A DNA stretch of 64,000 bases from a virus. The position numbers were made by a program, and so were the translations under genes. The stretch lies in the IMG/VR virus record IMGVR_UViG_3300008017_000012; one strand, 5' to 3'. Every line of letters starts with the position of its first letter. Position 1 is the first letter of the stretch. This document shows positions 57,716-64,000 of this stretch, one piece after another. Below the pieces are notes generated by a model that saw only the letters and a program-made list of their open reading frames with translations, made no database searches and was not told where the DNA came from.

Positions 57716-57839
57716 TAAATTATCCTTTCTTTTATGTTATAGTTTTATTTGTTTCTTAAATTCTTGATTTCATTGTTTATTTATTATAATAAAACTTTTT
57801 AATGTAAATAAATTTATAAGTAGTTGAAAAATAAATAAA

Positions 57840-58526
57840 TTATTTATTTTTAATTTTATTTAATGTATCATTAAAAAGTTTTAAAAATGCAGCAGCTTTT
57901 TCATCAGTAGAAACATTGTGTTCAATAACAATATTATCAGCTTTCTTAAATACAGTATCAATTTCTTCTTCTGTTAAAATCCCATTCTTGATAACCCACT
58001 CTTTTTGCGATTCCATAATTCCATCAAGAAAACAATTTGGGCCAGATGGATTCCATACTAAATCTTGACATATCATGTGATAATCATTCTGAACAATCCC
58101 ATTTTTTAATGTTCCTGTACCTCTTGATGATATACCAATTTTTATTCCTTCTTCCACAAGTGCTTTAGCTATCATTCCACAAGGAAATGCTGGTTTATCA
58201 AGAATTTTAGCTTTACCAATAGCTGTATTACCATCCATTTTTAGTTCTGTTACTAAATGGGAAATTCTTGAAGGATCAATATCTGTATTTGATGGATGAA
58301 GTAATTCACCTACTGAACGTTTTTCTGAAATTACTTTGTTGTATTTTTCTACTTCTCTTTCAATTATACTTTTAGGATATATTCTTTTATTTCCATTTTG
58401 TATCTCTGCTTGAAGAAATGGCCCTTTTAAATAAAATATTTTTGTTTTTGCCATGCCTTCTTGTAGTTCTTCTACTTCTGATTCTATTAAACTAAAATCT
58501 ACATCTTCTAAAATTAAATCGGACAT
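57840..58526 (-). CDS. Prohead protease (gp21)
   Basis: NGNKRIYP, GELLHP (His), GISSRGTG (Ser), DLVWNPSGP. Confidence 0.93.
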   Translation of the reverse strand: MSDLILEDVDFSLIESEVEELQEGMAKTKIFYLKGPFLQAEIQNGNKRIYPKSIIEREVEKYNKVISEKRSVGELLHPSNTDIDPSRISHLVTELKMDGNTAIGKAKILDKPAFPCGMIAKALVEEGIKIGISSRGTGTLKNGIVQNDYHMICQDLVWNPSGPNCFLDGIMESQKEWVIKNGILTEEEIDTVFKKADNIVIEHNVSTDEKAAAFLKLFNDTLNKIKNK

Positions 58527-58550
58527 ATATTACTCCTTCTTCTTTTAAAT

Positions 58551-58718
58551 TTATTTTTGATCATTATTTTTTTGGAATGTATTTTTTTCTAAGTAGTTAA
58601 CGAAACCTTCTAAATTTGTTTTCATTTTATCTTTTACGATAGAATTAATAGAAGATTCAAAATCTTTATAATCTTTATTAGATACAGATGCAATTGCTTT
58701 TTCAATTTCTGTTGACAT
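58551..58718 (-). CDS. Small prohead-core-like protein, 55 aa (not in the track)
   Basis: MSTEIEKAIASVSNKDYKDFESSINSIVKDKMK...; SD GGAG; gp67/68 position upstream of gp21. Confidence 0.55.
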   Translation of the reverse strand: MSTEIEKAIASVSNKDYKDFESSINSIVKDKMKTNLEGFVNYLEKNTFQKNNDQK

Positions 58719-58744
58719 AATATAACTCCTTTTAATAATTATAT

Positions 58745-60217
58745 TTAATATAAAGTTTTTAATACTCCGGAATTATCTTTAATTTTTATAATATTATCTA
58801 AACTATCTAAAAAAATAGAATTATTAGGAACATTAAGTGAAGGTATAGGTGTTGAAAAATTCAATAAACTTGTTGAATAGACATTTTTACTAGCATCAAT
58901 AACACTATTTATTTTTTCTTGAAAGGTTTCAAATTGGTATAATGGAGTTGCTGAAGTTCTACTAACTTTAACATTTTTTATTATTCCATTTTCGACATAA
59001 ATTCTATAATCATAATTATTAATATAATCTTTTGTTTCTTTATAGAAAGAATAATTAGCATCAAAAGCAACAACATTTAAAACTAATGTACCATTAAGAA
59101 TATTAATTAAATAACCTACTAATAGTTTTGTATCTCTAATATAAAAACCATCAGAAACCTCTGGAACAGATAAAGGATCTAATTCAGTAGTAATAAGAGC
59201 ATCATTTTTTACTTCAACCATATATTTTTTATTAAGATAAGCACCTGATACAGCTTGATCAACTAAAACATAAGGAGAAGGAAGATATTCTCTTTCTTCA
59301 AAAGAAGAAACAGCATTTATAACTTTTAAATCATATCTAGCGCCGGAAGAAATATCATCAACATTTACAGTTAAATTAACTAAATCATCATAAACTTGAT
59401 TTTCAATTGCTAATAAACCATCAAAAACTCTTAATCTGTAAGTTTCGTTAACACCTACAGCAGAATCGTTAATAAGAACAGAATAAACTTTTTTATAATC
59501 AGGAAGAACAATTTCGTTTTGAACTAACATACCATGATAGATAAAAAATACATAAGATTTAATAGTCAATGAATCTGATATAATTAAAGATCTATAAACA
59601 TCTTCTTCAGGAACATCAGAATCCATAACATCATCTAATTCGACTAATCCTTTATAGACAAGAATTTTTTTAATTTCTATTTGTTGAGGTGATGCAGATA
59701 TATTTGTTAATTTTACATAGACAGAACCAGAAACAGATGTTGAATTTGTTTTAAATTGGATAATATTTTTTGTAATAGAATCAGAAGTTAAAAGAGAAGT
59801 TGTTGCTTTATTAATTTCTAAAGAATCATTAACATTAAAAATTTGGTTTAAATTATCAGCATAAACACCAAATTCTAAAGATTCAGCAACAGGACTAGTT
59901 GAAAAAATAATTGCAGTATATTCTTCATTAGGGTTTAAAAAATTTATATTTTGAGATAATGAACCTGAAGGTGAAATATTAACAAATGAAGATCTAGAAA
60001 CAGGATTGTAGACAAAAGAAGTTATGCCACCTGTTTGCCAATATAAAGGCATTGTTGATTCAGATATAATTGAATTTAAATAACCATTACCAATTCTATT
60101 TTTTTGTTCTAACTTAGCAAGATCAATTAAGAATTGATTTGTATTCTGTTTAAGAGAATACACAGACATATTATTGGATGTTAAATATCTCTGATTTGTA
60201 TTTGCGATAACTGTCAT
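58745..60217 (-). CDS. Hypothetical virion structural protein, 490 aa
   Basis: Beta-rich composition; lies between the baseplate-like and head genes. Confidence 0.55.
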   Translation of the reverse strand: MTVIANTNQRYLTSNNMSVYSLKQNTNQFLIDLAKLEQKNRIGNGYLNSIISESTMPLYWQTGGITSFVYNPVSRSSFVNISPSGSLSQNINFLNPNEEYTAIIFSTSPVAESLEFGVYADNLNQIFNVNDSLEINKATTSLLTSDSITKNIIQFKTNSTSVSGSVYVKLTNISASPQQIEIKKILVYKGLVELDDVMDSDVPEEDVYRSLIISDSLTIKSYVFFIYHGMLVQNEIVLPDYKKVYSVLINDSAVGVNETYRLRVFDGLLAIENQVYDDLVNLTVNVDDISSGARYDLKVINAVSSFEEREYLPSPYVLVDQAVSGAYLNKKYMVEVKNDALITTELDPLSVPEVSDGFYIRDTKLLVGYLINILNGTLVLNVVAFDANYSFYKETKDYINNYDYRIYVENGIIKNVKVSRTSATPLYQFETFQEKINSVIDASKNVYSTSLLNFSTPIPSLNVPNNSIFLDSLDNIIKIKDNSGVLKTLY

Positions 60218-60231
60218 TTATTAACCTCAAA

Positions 60232-62031
60232 TTATAAAATAATTTTAAATTCTTCTACTCCAGAAGTTGAATCTGCATATTTTCTATAAATAGGAATTTT
60301 ATTAGAAAGATATAATAAAGTGCCTATATCATATTTTAATAAAGTTTTATTAAAAATTTCATCTAATTCATAAGTTGGTGCTTTATATAAAGGATTAGAC
60401 ATAATTGCACCAGTAGAATCTAATGGGCTATAACTAATAAATAATTGTCTATATACATCTTCAGTTGGTGAACCAGAACCACTAAGATCTACTATTTTAT
60501 TTATGAGAGCAGAATTAAACCCATATTGTAAAGCTTTTTTTAAATTTTGTGTTTTTGCAATTGTAATTCTTGCAACAGCTGATGTTGGTTCTGAAACAAT
60601 AATATCATTAGCATTTATTGTATGTGAAAGAATACCATCTATTGTAATATATGAATTATCAACTTCATAAGATACATCATTTATAGTATATAAAGTTGTT
60701 GGATTAGGAAGATAAAAAGTATCACCAACAACAAAATTTAAATAATTATTCATTTCTATTGTTGAATCACCAAAATTAGCAGTTGTTTTAACAGATCCTA
60801 TATGTTCAACACCTGAACCATTTAAATCAATAACTTCTTTTTCAAACCCATACCCACCACCAGATACTGCATTTGTATATAACTCTGTATCTGCTACACT
60901 TAACATTTCTTTGATGAACCATACATCATTAGAATTTATTTGTATCATCCCTTTTATATCAAATATAGAATCTCCTAATAAAGGATTTTTGAGATATGAA
61001 ACTTCTAACCCTGGTGGATTTGCATCAGAACTTGGAATTGCTGAATCAAATGGTAAATGTTCATTCCAAATACCAAGTTCATCTATTTGTCTATTTCCAA
61101 CTATAAATTTTATATATTGTCCTTCTGAATCAATATAATTATATCTAAAAGCTACATATTTTGATACATTACCTAAATCACCTTCAGGTGATACTAGTTC
61201 AAAATATATTTCATCTGAAGTGTTGTTTGGTGATACAAAACTCATATTGTCTATAAGAACATTTCCTCCAACATCTTTTAATACAAACGTATCATTTAAC
61301 ATTTGAGTTTTATTACTTGTTGCTACAAGTGAAGGACTTTGAAAAATAGCATCAATATCTGAATCTAAAATTGATGAAGGATCTTTTAATCCAACAACAT
61401 AAGATTCACCAATAATATTTGTTATTCTTTGTACTCCTGTTAAAATTACAGCACTTGTTGATTTTGAATATAATGTACATTCTGTTGAATAATAAGGTAC
61501 ATTTACAAAAGATTTTGATAATATTTTTGCTGCATTTTCAAAGTTACCACTTGATGAATGATTTACTATATAATATTCTGCTGATGCTGATTTTGAAACA
61601 ATAGTATAATAATCTTTAGGTATTCCTTCTATTAACATCCAATGTTTGCCAATAAAATTTAATTTTAAATCACTATATATAGGGGTAAGTCCTAATAAAT
61701 CTGATTGATTATTAGGAACTTTATATAAACTAACTGTTGTATTACCTCCAGAACATGATGCATTCCTTAATGAATTACTATCAAAAAATTTATTAGCTAA
61801 TTCTGTATCTCCTTCTGTTGCAACAATATCTTCAAAATTACTTTCCCCTCTATATTCAACATATACTAAACTATTAATTCCCCATTGAACATTTGGCGGT
61901 GTTAAAAGTGTTTCAACAGGTTTTTCCCCTCTTGAAAATCCTAAATATGATTGACCACTTTGAAGTCCATCAAATAAAAATTTTGTTACAGAATCAATTG
62001 ATGATCCACTAAGAAAATTGTATGTTGGCAT
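60232..62031 (-). CDS. Baseplate wedge protein (gp8-like)
   Basis: YLGFSRG near the N-terminus; C-terminal YRQLFI..P...GTLLYLSNKIPIYR...EEFKIIL, as in gp8-family ends. Confidence 0.55.
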   Translation of the reverse strand: MPTYNFLSGSSIDSVTKFLFDGLQSGQSYLGFSRGEKPVETLLTPPNVQWGINSLVYVEYRGESNFEDIVATEGDTELANKFFDSNSLRNASCSGGNTTVSLYKVPNNQSDLLGLTPIYSDLKLNFIGKHWMLIEGIPKDYYTIVSKSASAEYYIVNHSSSGNFENAAKILSKSFVNVPYYSTECTLYSKSTSAVILTGVQRITNIIGESYVVGLKDPSSILDSDIDAIFQSPSLVATSNKTQMLNDTFVLKDVGGNVLIDNMSFVSPNNTSDEIYFELVSPEGDLGNVSKYVAFRYNYIDSEGQYIKFIVGNRQIDELGIWNEHLPFDSAIPSSDANPPGLEVSYLKNPLLGDSIFDIKGMIQINSNDVWFIKEMLSVADTELYTNAVSGGGYGFEKEVIDLNGSGVEHIGSVKTTANFGDSTIEMNNYLNFVVGDTFYLPNPTTLYTINDVSYEVDNSYITIDGILSHTINANDIIVSEPTSAVARITIAKTQNLKKALQYGFNSALINKIVDLSGSGSPTEDVYRQLFISYSPLDSTGAIMSNPLYKAPTYELDEIFNKTLLKYDIGTLLYLSNKIPIYRKYADSTSGVEEFKIIL

Positions 62032-62068
62032 TTATTTTTCTCCGTTTATATAATATTTGTTCTTCTCT

Positions 62069-62545
62069 TTACCAAGCTTGGATTTTTACCCCAATTAAAT
62101 AATAATTACCAAAAGTCCCAACACCACCCCAACTAGAACCATTTATTGGTTGATAATTTTCTGCAAAAGGACGTACACTCCATGTTTCTTTACCAAAATA
62201 TAATATATGATTTAAACTCACTCGACTTTTATCAAAACCCCAATCACTATTTTTCCATGCTTCTATTCCATGCCCAACTTCTGATGATAGATGCCATTTC
62301 TGTGTTAACCATAATGTGGCTTTACCTTCATATTGTAAATATTTAAATGATAAAGTGTAATCTGAATTTAATCTATATCTTGCTACTCTATCACCTATGA
62401 CTGGTTCACCATGAGGCGGAACTAATGCTGTTGTAAATGATAATGTTGTGTTTTCTGTTAAAAAATTCCCAGCAAATACGATATTTGTTTTAATTAATAC
62501 TAATATTAAAATAAATAGAATAATTTTTATTTTATATCTTGACAT
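62069..62545 (-). CDS. Putative outer-membrane beta-barrel protein
   Basis: Signal peptide ending VFA, alternating aromatic/polar strands, C-terminal IGVKIQAW ending in an aromatic residue; late promoter (TATTTATA on + at 62570-62577). Confidence 0.55.
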   Translation of the reverse strand: MSRYKIKIILFILILVLIKTNIVFAGNFLTENTTLSFTTALVPPHGEPVIGDRVARYRLNSDYTLSFKYLQYEGKATLWLTQKWHLSSEVGHGIEAWKNSDWGFDKSRVSLNHILYFGKETWSVRPFAENYQPINGSSWGGVGTFGNYYLIGVKIQAW

Positions 62546-62667
62546 TTTTATTTCTCCTATTATATACTTTATTTATATTATTATTCTTACTACTTAATCT
62601 GTAATATATTAAGATTTTTCTGGATAAACCACTGTGTGAAGATTATCCAAATTATAATTTCTCCTCA

Positions 62668-63999
62668 TCAGTTTGTACTCACCGTCCAACCCTTGGCAAT
62701 CATATTTGTTTTAGCCGTCAAACCAGCCCCGGTAGGTGCTGCATTGCCGGCTCCGTTGATGATTATTTTTCCACCTGACACAGTTACGTCTCGGTCGAAC
62801 GCGGTCAGAATTCCGTTGATGGCGACTTCAGTGAGTTGATTGTTTAAGGCGTTGAAGATGAATGTTTTATTTGGTACGCCGAAGTCTACTGCAATCCCGG
62901 TTAATTGGTTGTTGTGACACTGGAATTGTGTCAATGCGGTATTACTAGATAGGTCTGGAATACTGCCGGTGAGCTGGTTTATGTAGCAGTAAAAAACAGT
63001 CAGCGCAGGATTGCTCGATAGGTCAGGAATACTGCCGGTGAGCTGGTTGGCAGCACAGGAAAAATAAGCCAATGCGGTATTACTAGATAGGTCTGGAATA
63101 CTGCCGGTGAGCTGGTTTATGTAGCAGAAAAAATAAGCCAATGCGGTATTACTAGATAGGTCTGGAATACTGCCGGTGAGCTGGTTTATGTAGCAGTAAA
63201 AATGAGTCAATGCAGTATTACTAGATAGGTCTGGAATACTGCCGGTGAGCTGGTTGGCAGCACAGGAAAAATAAGCCAATGCGGTATTACTAGATAGGTC
63301 TGGAATACTGCCAGTGAACTGGTTTGAGTAGCAGTAAAAATAAGTTAACCCAGCATCAGACCGCACCGCAGCAGGCACCAGCACCCAAACAGGGGCGGTC
63401 AGTCCTTGTGCGGCAACATCGGTGGTGACGTTGTTGGCGGTGGTCTGATATATTGCTCCATTACCGCCGACGAACGTTATCTGATACGGGCCAGAAGGTG
63501 AGTCAATACGGTGAAAAATACTGGTCTTTTCGGTTCTGGCCATTAGGGTGTATTCAGTCAACCCTGCCAGTGCAGCATCAATGGCTTCGTGGGTTTTAGC
63601 GACCCCCGCTGACCAGAGTTGGGTGTCGATGAAATTCCACACGCTGCCGCCTGAATTGTGGGTGTGCTGATAGCCGTGGGGTGATTGGATCCAGGCGGGT
63701 AATAATCCAGTGTGTGTAGGGGTTATCACCAGGTTCCCAGCTGGGCGAGTAACGGCGGCGGTGGTTGTGGTAATGGGACTGGTGGCGTAAGTACCGGCTT
63801 CAAGCTGAGCGTGTGTTAGTGCTCCTGCAACAGTCAGAGTCAAAGTACCGGCGGTGGCGGTAAAGGTCACAGGACTACCTTCAGTGGCGGTGCCTGTTCC
63901 GGTACCACTCAGGGTAATGCTACCAGATCCTATTACACTAAGGGTATAGACCTGCGCGGTGGTGGTAATGTTTTGCGTTGCGGGACTCACCGATTGCAA
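62668..63999 (-). CDS. Fibre/virion protein with leucine-rich repeats; 5'-truncated by the window edge; GC-rich
   Basis: AQLEAGTYATSPITTTTAAVTR fibre motif; six 23-aa NQLTGSIPDLSSNTALxxFxCxx LRRs; C-cap AINGIL...LIAKGW-like end. Confidence 0.8.
   Translation of the reverse strand: MQSVSPATQNITTTAQVYTLSVIGSGSITLSGTGTGTATEGSPVTFTATAGTLTLTVAGALTHAQLEAGTYATSPITTTTAAVTRPAGNLVITPTHTGLLPAWIQSPHGYQHTHNSGGSVWNFIDTQLWSAGVAKTHEAIDAALAGLTEYTLMARTEKTSIFHRIDSPSGPYQITFVGGNGAIYQTTANNVTTDVAAQGLTAPVWVLVPAAVRSDAGLTYFYCYSNQFTGSIPDLSSNTALAYFSCAANQLTGSIPDLSSNTALTHFYCYINQLTGSIPDLSSNTALAYFFCYINQLTGSIPDLSSNTALAYFSCAANQLTGSIPDLSSNPALTVFYCYINQLTGSIPDLSSNTALTQFQCHNNQLTGIAVDFGVPNKTFIFNALNNQLTEVAINGILTAFDRDVTVSGGKIIINGAGNAAPTGAGLTAKTNMIAKGWTVSTN
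62934..63345 (-). repeat. 69-bp tandem repeats encoding the LRRs
   Basis: Repeated GATAGGTCTGGAATACTGCCGGTGAGCTGGTT core with a variable block. Confidence 0.9.
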
Positions 64000-64000
64000 A

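Noticed and set aside
895-62839. Numerous short antisense or overlapping ORFs in the track (e.g. 895-1203, 3625-3930, 13579-13803, 30497-30784, 45300-45962, 56895-57212)
   Set aside because: They lie opposite or inside well-supported genes, with no SD or recognisable motifs; expected shadows.
62934-63345. Constant-plus-variable 69-bp repeats as a CRISPR array or DGR TR/VR pair
   Set aside because: They encode in-frame LRRs; the variable blocks recur between units and the differences are not adenine-specific.
1-64000. Alternative genetic code (stop-codon reassignment)
   Set aside because: Core genes translate at full expected length in the standard code with high coding density.

Overview
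A 64 kb piece of a large, strongly AT-rich T4-like myovirus genome. Recognisable core genes: head gp21/22/23, baseplate and tail gp5/26/48/53/19-like plus PAAR, recombination and replication gp41, gp61, gp46/47, uvsX/W/Y, rnh, topoisomerase II, late sigma gp55, and nucleotide metabolism nrdJ-like, thyX and a 5'-nucleotidase. TATAAATA late promoters and TTGACA-N17 sigma70 promoters are frequent. The accessory content is richer than usual. There are two visibly GC-rich fibre cassettes: one at about 3400-6265 ends in a C-type-lectin tip that looks like a DGR variable repeat, with no RT or template repeat in the window; the other at about 62640-64000 encodes a 23-aa LRR array. An intact IS607 TnpA/TnpB element carries two extra coupled small ORFs. 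A conserved element of about 62-70 bp, starting with a perfect sigma70 promoter, occurs three times; two copies fire antisense into gene 3' ends and two bracket uvsW. Also present: a 60-aa Hfq-like protein, a degenerate tRNA-like cloverleaf, a predicted -1 frameshift joining gp26 to a gp51-like frame, an intein in a glycosyltransferase, a ferritin, three putative capsid-packaged proteins with possible ART or RNase folds, and an outer-membrane beta-barrel-like gene with an internally deleted relative. All calls come from manual motif recognition; no searches were run.
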